A stretch of DNA of 64,000 nucleotides from a virus (Duplodnaviria > Caudoviricetes): positions 911 to 64,910 of IMG/VR virus record IMGVR_UViG_3300036801_000104. One strand, 5' to 3'. The notes beneath the pieces are model-generated. The model did not search any database, had not been told where the DNA came from, and saw only the letters and a program-made list of their open reading frames with translations. Below are positions 30,396 to 39,836 of the stretch, piece by piece. The translations under genes were made by a program, and so were the position numbers. The number at the start of each line of letters is the position of its first letter. Position 1 is the stretch's first letter.

Positions 30396-30773
30396 TCAGG
30401 GGATTATGAGCTTCGGTGCCTGCAACGGCAGGTATTGCTCGGGTTGGTGATACGTTCGGTCGATTAGATCGTCCGCCTGCTTTTTGATCGGGTTGTGGAT
30501 GTAGTCTGGCTGCCGCGCTTGGGCGGCGCAGTAGTCGCAAAGATAGCTGTGATCACACTTAGCGCAGCTCTCGCGCGGCCGTGTGCGCAGCGGGTTCTTG
30601 ATCATGACCGTCGTGCAGTGACAGCACGTCAGCGTGGCCTGCTCATAGATTTTGCCCTCTCGGCAAAACTCTGGCTCGTATCCCATCCGCCGCGCCATCT
30701 CTGGGTCGAGCCCAGGGCTCGCCCGATGATCGACGAAAAGATAGCCTTCCTTTGAGGATTGTGGGTTTCTCAT
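30396..30773 (-). CDS. Cys-rich Zn-binding hypothetical protein
   Basis: CCHC...CAKC...CDYC. Confidence 0.65.
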   Translation of the reverse strand: MRNPQSSKEGYLFVDHRASPGLDPEMARRMGYEPEFCREGKIYEQATLTCCHCTTVMIKNPLRTRPRESCAKCDHSYLCDYCAAQARQPDYIHNPIKKQADDLIDRTYHQPEQYLPLQAPKLIIP

Positions 30774-32536
30774 TACGTGCAGATCTGCGCCATTAAAAAA
30801 GGCACTTGGCCGCTGGGAAGCGAAACGGGCGAGGTGAAGTAGACACCTGCCGCCAGCCTCAAGAAGCCTCCATCATCATCGCTGAACAGGGCTGTAGCGG
30901 TGTTGCCGCTCCACCCGTTCTGGTTGGTGATGGCCGACGGGTTGGTGGTGCCGTCGCCGGCATAGTCGTAATTGGATGTAGTTCCAGATTGGCCTTCCCC
31001 GAATAGAATGCCCGCGATTCCGGCGGCCGCAAAGTTTGCTATGGCGCTGGAATTGTAGATGGAGCCCTGTGCAGTGGGGCTATTCGTAAGGAAATATTCA
31101 GCCTTGTTGTCCTGATAGTGGTTAGTCGTGTCGTTACACGACTTGTAGAGGGTGTTGCCAATCGGCATTTGCCACAGGTAACCCCAGGTCGCGGATGTGA
31201 TTTGATTGTGAAAAGCTGTTAATAATTGAAGGTAGTTCGTGAAGGCTGTCGATGTCCACCACCAGACTGCTGCCGTAGCAGCCAATCCAGAGGAATTGAC
31301 CAGGATTCCGTAATCGGCATCGCGGTCGCCGGTCGTCGTATCGTGAAAGATTAGGTCAAAGCTCGTATTCAGCCCGTTGTAGAAATTGGCGACTCTCTGC
31401 CCCGTCGTTGCGGGCGTCTCGGAAAAACTCGCGTTGGTCGCCACAAATGAGTCATTGGGCGCCCAGGTAGAGCAATGCCACGCCAAATAGACGCCGGGAG
31501 CATTCGTGTCACGCAACTGTTTCAGCGCCTTCGCAAAGCCAACGGCGGTGTTTGGAAGCGACCCAAGTCCGGTGTAGCCCGAGGACGCTACCGATATAGC
31601 GACCTGCGTTGGGTCGTCGGTTTGTGTCGAGCTCGGACCCATCTGCTGCTGCATGAACCCGAACAGATCGGGCTCGATATGCATAATCATCGGAGTGCTT
31701 GCGGGCGAGGAATTCCACGCCGACCATCCGCTTACTACCGGAGGCGTTCCAAATGTTGCCTGGTCGCCATTGTTAACTAGATTAACCCCAGGCGCGAATG
31801 TATTAGGGAAGCTCAGCCCCGAGATACTGGCGGTGCTGCTAAATGCGCCGCCATTCTGGCTAACCGCTATCGTCTTGGCGGTAAGATCGACCTCCAGGTC
31901 TATATCGTCTCCCTGATGTATAGTAATAGCCGGGGTTGCGCTGATTATGGAGTCGTTGAGCAGGACTCCGGTGCCATTACCTTTGATAATTACAGATTGG
32001 GTCGATTGACCGAGATATAGATTAACTAGCGCGGCGCGCGTACCGATACCGACATCCATGGCTCCCGCCGTACCGAGCGCATTTACGTGGAAGCGAACGA
32101 TCCATTTGCCGGACCCGTGGAAGTTTCCTGCAAGCACAGGATCGGCCGTTCCCGAGGTGCCGGTGTAACTAACGGATGATCCGTCAGCCGCTATCGTGCA
32201 TTGGGCGGACCCAGATTTCTGTAAATACCACCCAGCCCAACCCGCCATGCTCTTCAATGCAGATACGTAATTCGTGTAATACGTGTTCATAAAAGATGTG
32301 TTAGTCAAATTTGAACGGGGGGTTGGATTTGTATAATAAGTGATGATCGGAATATATCCATTCATCAGTCCGTCGCTAACGTAAACTCCATTGCTGTGAT
32401 CGGTTGCGGAGGAATAGATAAAGCGATAATCCCACGGCACCCCAGATCCTGTCATCCATGACAGATCCGTCGTGCCGGTGCTCTTGTTATTTAGACCGAG
32501 CGCGAAATGTGCCGGGAGTCCCGCTGGTATGGTCAT
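30773..32536 (-). CDS. Glycoside-hydrolase-like TIM barrel with an inserted SPRY/LamG-like domain
   Basis: WDYRFIY, HIEPDLFGFMQQ, DRDA, LWQMPIGN and DDDGGFLR; central insert GSGKW..DLTAKTIAVSQNG. Confidence 0.6.
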   Translation of the reverse strand: MTIPAGLPAHFALGLNNKSTGTTDLSWMTGSGVPWDYRFIYSSATDHSNGVYVSDGLMNGYIPIITYYTNPTPRSNLTNTSFMNTYYTNYVSALKSMAGWAGWYLQKSGSAQCTIAADGSSVSYTGTSGTADPVLAGNFHGSGKWIVRFHVNALGTAGAMDVGIGTRAALVNLYLGQSTQSVIIKGNGTGVLLNDSIISATPAITIHQGDDIDLEVDLTAKTIAVSQNGGAFSSTASISGLSFPNTFAPGVNLVNNGDQATFGTPPVVSGWSAWNSSPASTPMIMHIEPDLFGFMQQQMGPSSTQTDDPTQVAISVASSGYTGLGSLPNTAVGFAKALKQLRDTNAPGVYLAWHCSTWAPNDSFVATNASFSETPATTGQRVANFYNGLNTSFDLIFHDTTTGDRDADYGILVNSSGLAATAAVWWWTSTAFTNYLQLLTAFHNQITSATWGYLWQMPIGNTLYKSCNDTTNHYQDNKAEYFLTNSPTAQGSIYNSSAIANFAAAGIAGILFGEGQSGTTSNYDYAGDGTTNPSAITNQNGWSGNTATALFSDDDGGFLRLAAGVYFTSPVSLPSGQVPFLMAQICT

Positions 32537-32568
32537 GGCGCTACTTACTCTTCGTCACGGGTTTCTCA

Positions 32569-33261
32569 TTACATGGACGCCTGAGCCATTAGATCATTCG
32601 TCGGTGCCGGAGGGGCAAAGATCACCTCCAGGACAACAGCTGTTTTGGTCGCGGTAACGGTCCACGTCGAGGTTACACTTCCAGTGGTTGTCGTCACGCC
32701 AGAACCGTCCAAGTAGCCGGCTGCAGTGTTTTGATTATTCCGAATGCTCGTCGTCGTAACTCCAGTAATGCCAAGAGATGGAGAAGAAAAGGAAGACCCA
32801 TCGCCAATTATTCCAGCTAACACCAGATCGCCATTGTTTGAGCCGGTCGCTGCGGCGGAGTTTGGCGTTAGGGTGGCGGTTGAATTGTACAGGCCGCTAT
32901 GCCCATCAAGGGTTGGTGTACCAGAGACTGAGTTTTTGAACTTGATCGCGCCCATGGTCTGCATAACCACCGCCGTACCAAATTTTGCGGTGATAGTTGT
33001 CGGCGCGTTCGCGGCAGAAGCGCAGTAGAAACTCGCGAGCGCTTGCCCGCTGCCAACATTCAGAAGGCTGTCCACCGGAGTATAGGTATTTGGCGGCGAA
33101 GCGTTGTCCGTACAGGTGACCGCGTCGATCTGAAAATCCGAGTATTGGACAAAAACCGCCACGCCATCACCAATCGCTATGGCGGGCGATGGCGTGAGCG
33201 TGACAGTTGTTGCCGGTGTCAACGTTCCGGCCGTCCCGAGTGCGGTGACTGTCCACGTCAT
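32569..33261 (-). CDS. Thr/Ser-rich beta protein (virion accessory)
   Basis: Two similar beta modules (GD.V.V / GDLVL); C-terminal LMAQ motif. Confidence 0.6.
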   Translation of the reverse strand: MTWTVTALGTAGTLTPATTVTLTPSPAIAIGDGVAVFVQYSDFQIDAVTCTDNASPPNTYTPVDSLLNVGSGQALASFYCASAANAPTTITAKFGTAVVMQTMGAIKFKNSVSGTPTLDGHSGLYNSTATLTPNSAAATGSNNGDLVLAGIIGDGSSFSSPSLGITGVTTTSIRNNQNTAAGYLDGSGVTTTTGSVTSTWTVTATKTAVVLEVIFAPPAPTNDLMAQASM

Positions 33262-35340
33262 TTATGGCACCACTGAGGAAGTCGCCGCGCTGATGTTATT
33301 AGCGCTGTCCATCGTCCACAGGTAGACCGTGCTGCCGTGCGTGACGGCCAACGACTGAGGCGGCAGGTAGCTCCACGCTAATCCCGTACCGGACTGCCCG
33401 CCACTGGTTGGCCTCGTCGACGAGGTCGAGGCAAGCCACTTAACCGCGCCATACTGGGCCGTGAACGTCGCCGTGCTGAACGGCACCACCGATCCCGACA
33501 GCGGACCCAGCGTAAATGCGGCGGTCGGCGCTGTATTGAACCCGGACGTATTGCATCCCGAGAACGTGCCGCCAGAGCAAAAGTTGGTGTTCTGCGTAGG
33601 GGTAACGGTGTTGGAATCGGTGAGATATTGGACTGTTGGCGCGCTGAAATAGTTTTTCGTGGCGGAGCAGTTGACGCACTGCATGTCGCCGTTGGTGTTT
33701 CCGCCCCCGCAATCTGCCGGCCCTGTGCCAGAGTTGTTGCTTGACGAGGGATCTGGACACCCATTACCCCGGAAATCGATATTTGCACTCGTTGAGCCGA
33801 CAACACTATTGTTGGTGAACACTATATTATTAACTTGCATTCCCGGGCTGGCGCTGACGCCAGACGGTCCACAGCCCTCACCGTCGATGCCACCGCGCCA
33901 CTCGCACGAGCTAAGAAACGCGGCACCGGCAGATAACCAGTTGCCGGTAAACTCCATATCATTGACAATGCCGTTTGTATGCGGATCGTTGACCCCACCA
34001 CCTATTGCACTGTTATTCGTGCCGGTTCCAGCGCTGCCGTTATTCGACATGCTAAAGTAATTATTCGTATTGAAGAAATGGTGGCTTCCATCTGTCTCGC
34101 TCGTGCCGCCACCAGCATAACAAAAGCCAGGGCTGCATCCCGACCACCCGTATCCTGCTGCAGCAACGCTACACGCTACATTGTCGCACCCATAGAATAC
34201 ATAGTTTGCTGTAAACGTTATATTATCTACTACAATATTATTTGGAGTTTCCCCAAGGAATATATTGTTCTTTATAAGGCCATCGTGGAATTCCTGATAT
34301 TGAATTGTCTCTCCGGAGGCATAAAAGCCTCCGCTAGCCGGCATCGCATCTACTGAGTTCAATAGCGTGAAATTATTCGAATCGCGTACCCAAAACTGAG
34401 CATTGGGGCCGTTGAACCCCAGGTATCGTATATCATTAACGGTCGCGTTGGGACAGCTCTGAAAATTAAGCGTACCGTTGTAGTCACCATCTTCGCTCCA
34501 TGCCGTTTGCGACTGGGCGAGGGAACCATCGACGTATATGTGCGATACGGTCGGAACTGGACTGCCGGAAGCGCATCCGAATGTACCAAGCGAGTCGTAG
34601 TTACCGAATACTATATAACCACCACCCATGCCACTCGTGCCGCTCGTATAGACACGCGTAACGGTCCCTCCCGGCGCTACAGTCCCGACCGGTCCACCGC
34701 TCCCATTGTTGGGGTGCCCAAGATAGTCGAAGGTGTTGCCGCTTCCAGCACCTACCAAGTTGATTGATTTATTGCCGGTTATCACGCGCGCATTGGCGAT
34801 CTTAAGCTCCCAATTGCCCGCGGCCAGGAAAATGGTATCGCCGTTTGATGAGGCGTTTATCGCGGCCTGAATACAGGCGGCTTGCCACGGACTGCCGCTT
34901 GAGCCATTGCCGCCGCCGTTCGCCGAGCAGAAGCTCGCCGCGGCGTCTCGCCGGGTGCCGGACACAGTGACGGTAGCTGAAGCGACGATCCCGCCGCAAT
35001 TAACGGAATAGGTCGTCGTGGACGTGGGAGAAACAATCTTTGATCCGATACCAGCCGAGCCCGAGCCATCGGTCCCCGTCCCCGTGCAGGAGCCGGCGCC
35101 AGCAGAATCCCAAGTCAGTGTGGCTGAGCCGCCATTTGGGATGGTGGTATTAACCCCTGAATTGAGCGTTGGCGTACCCAAATTAGTGGCAGAAAGATAA
35201 GCGCTAGGGGAGCCGCCGGATGACAATATGGTGATCGCCAAGTTTGCCGAGGCAGACGCGGCCCAGGAGACTGCCGGCTCCAGCAGCGCAATTAAAGCAA
35301 CAAGAATGAGCGATAAGCGAAGCATCAACAGTATCCTCAT
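33262..35340 (-). CDS. Secreted Ig plus parallel beta-helix (pectin-lyase-like) protein
   Basis: Signal ...AVSWA; ATLTW..VSPTSTTTY Ig; GSSGSPW..IQAAINA..GDTIFLAAG beta-helix cap; many Cys. Confidence 0.75.
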   Translation of the reverse strand: MRILLMLRLSLILVALIALLEPAVSWAASASANLAITILSSGGSPSAYLSATNLGTPTLNSGVNTTIPNGGSATLTWDSAGAGSCTGTGTDGSGSAGIGSKIVSPTSTTTYSVNCGGIVASATVTVSGTRRDAAASFCSANGGGNGSSGSPWQAACIQAAINASSNGDTIFLAAGNWELKIANARVITGNKSINLVGAGSGNTFDYLGHPNNGSGGPVGTVAPGGTVTRVYTSGTSGMGGGYIVFGNYDSLGTFGCASGSPVPTVSHIYVDGSLAQSQTAWSEDGDYNGTLNFQSCPNATVNDIRYLGFNGPNAQFWVRDSNNFTLLNSVDAMPASGGFYASGETIQYQEFHDGLIKNNIFLGETPNNIVVDNITFTANYVFYGCDNVACSVAAAGYGWSGCSPGFCYAGGGTSETDGSHHFFNTNNYFSMSNNGSAGTGTNNSAIGGGVNDPHTNGIVNDMEFTGNWLSAGAAFLSSCEWRGGIDGEGCGPSGVSASPGMQVNNIVFTNNSVVGSTSANIDFRGNGCPDPSSSNNSGTGPADCGGGNTNGDMQCVNCSATKNYFSAPTVQYLTDSNTVTPTQNTNFCSGGTFSGCNTSGFNTAPTAAFTLGPLSGSVVPFSTATFTAQYGAVKWLASTSSTRPTSGGQSGTGLAWSYLPPQSLAVTHGSTVYLWTMDSANNISAATSSVVP

Positions 35341-35666
35341 TGTGTTGCCACGGCGGTTATGTTTTGGACCGTTCCGCCATCTCTTGTTAGATCGCATGCT
35401 GTGATTACGTTAAAACTTCCGTCGATCGCAAAACATCCGCCATCGCTAAAGTTGGGCGGACCGAACGCTACGACTCCGGTAAACGGGCGCCCATTACTCC
35501 ATCTCGGCACGATTTGGGCGATGATGGTGCCGCCTGGGGAGTTAGGCGGAATGCTTGGGGCGGGCGGCACAAACGAAACCGACAGAGTCGGCCCGGCGCC
35601 ATGCGAGTGGTTCGCCGCTCCAACCGGCGTAATCGCCGCCATAATAACTAGCGCCAGATATTTCAT
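35337..35666 (-). CDS. Secreted single cadherin-like domain ending at AVATQ
   Basis: Short leader; paralogue of 29243..29623; ATGA overlap with the next gene. Confidence 0.7.
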   Translation of the reverse strand: MKYLALVIMAAITPVGAANHSHGAGPTLSVSFVPPAPSIPPNSPGGTIIAQIVPRWSNGRPFTGVVAFGPPNFSDGGCFAIDGSFNVITACDLTRDGGTVQNITAVATQ

Positions 35667-35908
35667 GGGGTTTGGCCGCTCTGTAGCGCCTGCATGAGAG
35701 CCACTGCCTGCGGATTGCCCGACAGCATTCCCAAGCCGAGAGGTTGCTGCGGCACCCCCGGCTGGGCCTGCTGCTGCCCCTGCCCCAATTGGCCTTGGGC
35801 GAGCTGCTGGTTCATCAGGTACTGGCTCAACAGGGGCGCGATGCCTTGGCTGGCCTGCTGGTAGGGATTGGCGCCAGCTCCGGCCAGAATGCCTGCGAGG
35901 CTTTCCAT
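35663..35908 (-). CDS. Gln-rich small protein
   Basis: Packed between the adaptor and the next gene. Confidence 0.55.
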   Translation of the reverse strand: MESLAGILAGAGANPYQQASQGIAPLLSQYLMNQQLAQGQLGQGQQQAQPGVPQQPLGLGMLSGNPQAVALMQALQSGQTP

Positions 35909-35909
35909 T

Positions 35910-36644
35910 TTACGGTCCGAAGCCGGTTTCGGGTACGTTGTACGGGCCGATCAGCGTCAGCCGATCATACGGCGCTATGTCGAGGATTGCCGTTCCGCCA
36001 TCTCGGGCGACCAGCATGTCCAAGCGATAGTCGAATTCGTCCTTTTCCACGCTGTAATCGAGCCCCAGGCGATGCAGCAGCCGCCAGATGACCCCAAGCT
36101 CAAGGACGCTCTCGTCGAGCAGCGAAACATCGGTATCTGCGACCCAGTCTGGCTGCGTCACGTTGGCCAGCGAAATGCACCAGTTCCGCGAGACGTACTC
36201 ATAGACGAAGGTTGATGTCGTATCCCCGGTTATCGGCGGGTCGATCTCGAACTGCACCGTAGCGCCAGCCGGGCTTCCGCTCGGTAGGCGCAGCCGCCAT
36301 CGGCGCTCGATCGTGGCGCGGCCGATAATCGAAGACTTGAACAGCTGCCATTGCTGGGGCGACATCGCGCCGCGCATGCGCCAGAACCTCGACCGGTCCC
36401 ACAGCGTGTCGTTGACGAGCGAGCGGAAATCAGCCGGAAGCGTGTAATCGGACGTGCCGTTCGCGACGAACACGTGTTCGACCGTGAGCGCAGTCCAGTT
36501 GACGCGCTCGGCCATGTCCCGCCCCGTGCGCCGCGCCATCTGCAACAGCCTTGCTGCCGCAGGATCGGCGTTCCCGATGATCGATGTCGGGACATTCACC
36601 CCGGCGTCGTTTGCGGCGTTCTGGCAGATCGAGAGAAGACTCAT
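35910..36644 (-). CDS. Tail tubular protein A / head-tail adaptor
   Basis: MSLLSICQ..., YTLPADF and EYVSRNW..ADTD; synteny. Confidence 0.8.
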   Translation of the reverse strand: MSLLSICQNAANDAGVNVPTSIIGNADPAAARLLQMARRTGRDMAERVNWTALTVEHVFVANGTSDYTLPADFRSLVNDTLWDRSRFWRMRGAMSPQQWQLFKSSIIGRATIERRWRLRLPSGSPAGATVQFEIDPPITGDTTSTFVYEYVSRNWCISLANVTQPDWVADTDVSLLDESVLELGVIWRLLHRLGLDYSVEKDEFDYRLDMLVARDGGTAILDIAPYDRLTLIGPYNVPETGFGP

Positions 36645-36817
36645 TTCCGCTTAGCGGCCTGCTTACCCCGCGCAGTGGCCTTATTCCCGCGCATCAAGCC
36701 GACTTTGTTCGCAATCGCATACTTCTCGCTCTTTCCGCCCGGCAACTTGCTGGCATCCACCTTGTCCTCGAAACTGGCGAGCTTGGTCTTTTTGCCCGAA
36801 GGCGTTAAACGCGGCAT
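36641..36817 (-). CDS. 58-aa basic protein (MPRLTPSGKK...), not in the ORF track
   Basis: Translated by hand; coupled on both sides. Confidence 0.55.
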   Translation of the reverse strand: MPRLTPSGKKTKLASFEDKVDASKLPGGKSEKYAIANKVGLMRGNKATARGKQAAKRK

Positions 36818-37030
36818 CTATTTCCCCTTCTTTTTTCCCAAGACCCGATTGGCCTTGGCATCGATCTTGGCCTCTACGGCTTTCGAGATGCGTCCCGCAT
36901 TGGCCGCTTGAGATGCCCGTGCCTTCGCGTTTGCGGCATGGCTCCGATCGGGCACCGGATAGGAGCGGTCGGGGCCGGCAAAGTCGCCTTTCGGGAGCGC
37001 CTTGCGCGCCTTTGTCGACAGCTTTGCCAT
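36818..37030 (-). CDS. DUF6582-like basic protein
   Basis: RKALPKGDFA..RSYPVPDRSHAANAKAR. Confidence 0.7.
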   Translation of the reverse strand: MAKLSTKARKALPKGDFAGPDRSYPVPDRSHAANAKARASQAANAGRISKAVEAKIDAKANRVLGKKKGK

Positions 37031-37783
37031 TTATTCGGCCTCAGCGACCTGCGGGGACCGGCGCCGGCGCTGTTGCCTCTCATCGGCGAACGTCGCGAGC
37101 GACGATTGCGATGGAGCCCGCGTCTCCGATGTGCCTTGCTGCATCCGCATCGCCTCCATGGGATCGAGGCTCGCCGGCACTACCCCGGCAATTGCGTTGG
37201 GCTGGTTCTTCAAGCCCAGCAATTCGCCGTGCATGCGCTGCGTAATCGAACCAAGCTCCTCGACCTGCTTATTCAGTCTGGCAATGTCGGCTTTGAGCTC
37301 GTCATTCTCTTTCATCAGCGCGTTGCTCAGCGCTCCCGCCGCAGCGTCGTCGAGATAAGCACGGGCCAGCTTGCGCAGTCCCACCAACCCCATCGCCCGC
37401 TGCGTGCCGCGATCGTCGAGCCCAGCGATTTCTTCGACGGTGCGAATGCCGAGTCCCCTTAGCTCGTCGACATTTGCGCGCTTGAGCACCGGCCATGCCT
37501 CGATCGGCGTCCCTTCCGGAGCAAGCTCAATGCCTTTTTTGAACGCCTCGTCTTCGCGCGGGAATTCGGCCCGGTCAGAATCGGTCACCTTGTTGACCGG
37601 TATCGTGTATTGCATGACCGATGGCATGAGGCGCTCAATCATCTCGATTTCGCGATAGATCGGACGCCCCTCTCGCGCCGTCCCGAGTTCGTCTTCAACC
37701 GACTCCATAAAGAACCGCGGGCGGGTGCTGCCGGGAAGCACTTCGCCGCCCGCCCAGGAGCGGGTGTACTGTGGTGCGGGCAT
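37031..37783 (-). CDS. Phage head-region protein with an HhH-like motif and coiled coil
   Basis: EGTPIEAWP...GIRTVEEIA. Confidence 0.7.
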   Translation of the reverse strand: MPAPQYTRSWAGGEVLPGSTRPRFFMESVEDELGTAREGRPIYREIEMIERLMPSVMQYTIPVNKVTDSDRAEFPREDEAFKKGIELAPEGTPIEAWPVLKRANVDELRGLGIRTVEEIAGLDDRGTQRAMGLVGLRKLARAYLDDAAAGALSNALMKENDELKADIARLNKQVEELGSITQRMHGELLGLKNQPNAIAGVVPASLDPMEAMRMQQGTSETRAPSQSSLATFADERQQRRRRSPQVAEAE

Positions 37784-37802
37784 ATTCTGCCTTTCTTCGG
37801 GG

Positions 37803-38156
37803 TTAGGCGCTCAGGTTGCCAATGTACTGATTGCCGGAACGGTGGAATGACGCGGTTTTGGCATTGGTGACGGTAAATGCCGCGTTCTGCACCCCGTTCA
37901 TGAAACTGCCGACAGGAGGATAGACGGCGACGGGGCTCGCTCCGCCGTTAAACACAGAAACGGAATCGGTGTTTGATGGCAAAATCACTCCCGTACTAGC
38001 GGCAGCCGTCCCTATCAGGTTGAAACCTGCCGTCAGGACGGTCGCCGTTGCCTGGCTTGAACCAGCCGCGGTGACTCCCGTGGCAACGTCCGCCCCGATC
38101 CTGTTGGCCAAGAGGGCAGGCATGCCCGCGGCCATGAGTTCAGCTGGAGTGCTCAT
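37803..38156 (-). CDS. Putative capsid decoration protein
   Basis: GVTAAGSSQATA...VYPPVG; downstream of the capsid gene; AGAGGAG SD. Confidence 0.6.
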   Translation of the reverse strand: MSTPAELMAAGMPALLANRIGADVATGVTAAGSSQATATVLTAGFNLIGTAAASTGVILPSNTDSVSVFNGGASPVAVYPPVGSFMNGVQNAAFTVTNAKTASFHRSGNQYIGNLSA

Positions 38157-38173
38157 TTGCGTTCTCCTCTGGA

Positions 38174-38689
38174 TTAGGTGATCTGACCCTGCACGGTTGG
38201 CCGGTCGATTTCGACGACCCCAAACCCGGCTGAGGGTTGCCCGTCAGCAATAACCGATCGCGCATTGAGAACTTGCTTGCCGGCCGCTACGGTCGTCGTT
38301 AGTCCGCCGGCAGCACCGAGGAAAACCGCGGCACCAGCAGTAAACGTGCCGTTCTCGACGACAACCGCCTGACCCTCGATCTGATACCAGCCATATTGCG
38401 ACGCGACATTGGCGGACATGGCAATGGCTACAGGTTGTCCTAGGTTGGCCGTCGATGGCGCAAGCACGGTCTGCCAGCTCGGTATAGCGTTGGGAATGGT
38501 GCCGCTCGAACTGCCCCAGGTGACGACAGAGCCCACGACGGTATTGGCGACGCCGACCAAGTAAATAAATTCGCCCTCACCATAAACCGGGTCATAGGCC
38601 CGCACGGTCTTGCCGAGCGGGTGATTCTGGACTGCGGACGAAAAGGCGACCGGCTGAAGACCGAGTTGATTGTCAACGGGTGTGTACAT
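38174..38689 (-). CDS. Capsid cement/decoration protein
   Basis: Start MYTPV with AGGAGAG SD; GEFIYL, ANVASQYGWYQIEG. Confidence 0.7.
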   Translation of the reverse strand: MYTPVDNQLGLQPVAFSSAVQNHPLGKTVRAYDPVYGEGEFIYLVGVANTVVGSVVTWGSSSGTIPNAIPSWQTVLAPSTANLGQPVAIAMSANVASQYGWYQIEGQAVVVENGTFTAGAAVFLGAAGGLTTTVAAGKQVLNARSVIADGQPSAGFGVVEIDRPTVQGQIT

Positions 38690-38709
38690 TTTAGCTCTCC
38701 TTTCTCGGC

Positions 38710-39744
38710 TCAGGCCGTGATGACGGCTTGCAAGAACGCGTTCGACATCGCCAGATTGCCGGCCCAGCCGATCAGCTTGACCATCGCGTCTTGGTTTACC
38801 GAGAAGCGGTCGGGATCGAGCGGGACCATGTCGCGCTCTTTGTGTGGGCGCAGAAAAATGTAATCGGTGTTGAGCAGGTACATATGGCTCGCAGGCGCGC
38901 CCTGACCCGAGGTCCATGTGTGACCAGCGCCGTCGATGCTGCTTCCCTGCCCAGCCGCGACGCCTTGGAAACCGCCGTCATAGACCACGTCGGCGTCCAT
39001 GAACTTGAGGCTGGCGAACCCGGCCATCGCCGTGCGATCCGAAGTAATGCGCTGGATTGCCTGGAGCGATTCCCAGTAATACCGGAAGTAGATATTGTCG
39101 GCGATAAAGAGGTCGGGCCGATCTGCCTGTCGCGATACCGCCAGCCATGCCCGGTTCATCATCGTCTGCATCGTCGCCGCGCCCGGTGTGAGAGCCGCGG
39201 TGGCAAACGACTGAACACTGTTTTGCCAAAACGCCCAGGTAGCGCGATTGATGCCGCCGACCGTGCCGCTAGTCGGCACATCCGCGACCAGCAATTGCAG
39301 GCCGCCGATCTGCTTGCCGCCGTCTGCCGTGCCGGTGCTGTAGCAGTCGGCGCTCAAGTTGTTCTCGAATGTGCGCTCGGCATTGCCGATCCGCGCCTCG
39401 AGGAGATCAATCATCTTCTCGCGACCGGCGTTTTGCAGCATTTCGAGGCCGGATATCGACACCGCAACCGCGGCTTGCGCTATCGGAAACTGCGCCGCAG
39501 TAAAGACATCGGACGGAGAGATGTTCAGGACATCATACCCGGAATATCTCTTGTAGGTGCCGTTTTCCGAGTATTCCAGCTCCTGGACGATCGCTTGACC
39601 GCCATCGAAGCTCTTGACCTTGCCCTTTTCCGAAAGCCGCGCGAGCAGGGCGTTATTCTTCGTGACGTTGTCGGCCAACTTGCGCGACCGGTTAAACAGA
39701 GTTGTAGTGGTGATTTCACCCCAATTGGTATTCGGGCTTGCCAT
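38710..39744 (-). CDS. Major capsid protein
   Basis: LADNVTKNNALL, IDLLEARI and YLLNTDY; follows the scaffold gene. Confidence 0.9.
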   Translation of the reverse strand: MASPNTNWGEITTTTLFNRSRKLADNVTKNNALLARLSEKGKVKSFDGGQAIVQELEYSENGTYKRYSGYDVLNISPSDVFTAAQFPIAQAAVAVSISGLEMLQNAGREKMIDLLEARIGNAERTFENNLSADCYSTGTADGGKQIGGLQLLVADVPTSGTVGGINRATWAFWQNSVQSFATAALTPGAATMQTMMNRAWLAVSRQADRPDLFIADNIYFRYYWESLQAIQRITSDRTAMAGFASLKFMDADVVYDGGFQGVAAGQGSSIDGAGHTWTSGQGAPASHMYLLNTDYIFLRPHKERDMVPLDPDRFSVNQDAMVKLIGWAGNLAMSNAFLQAVITA

Positions 39745-39836
39745 CTGTGTACTCCATCAGGCGGCCCGCTGATGAAACGGGCCGCACTGGGATGAGGGGC
39801 GTCATCACGACGCTCCGGATTGCTGAAAACGGAAAC

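Noticed and set aside
38728-39795. 355-aa + strand ORF, and similar long antisense ORFs at 9857, 14422, 24742 and 40104
   Set aside because: Antisense shadows of well-supported genes in GC-rich DNA, with no recognisable motifs.
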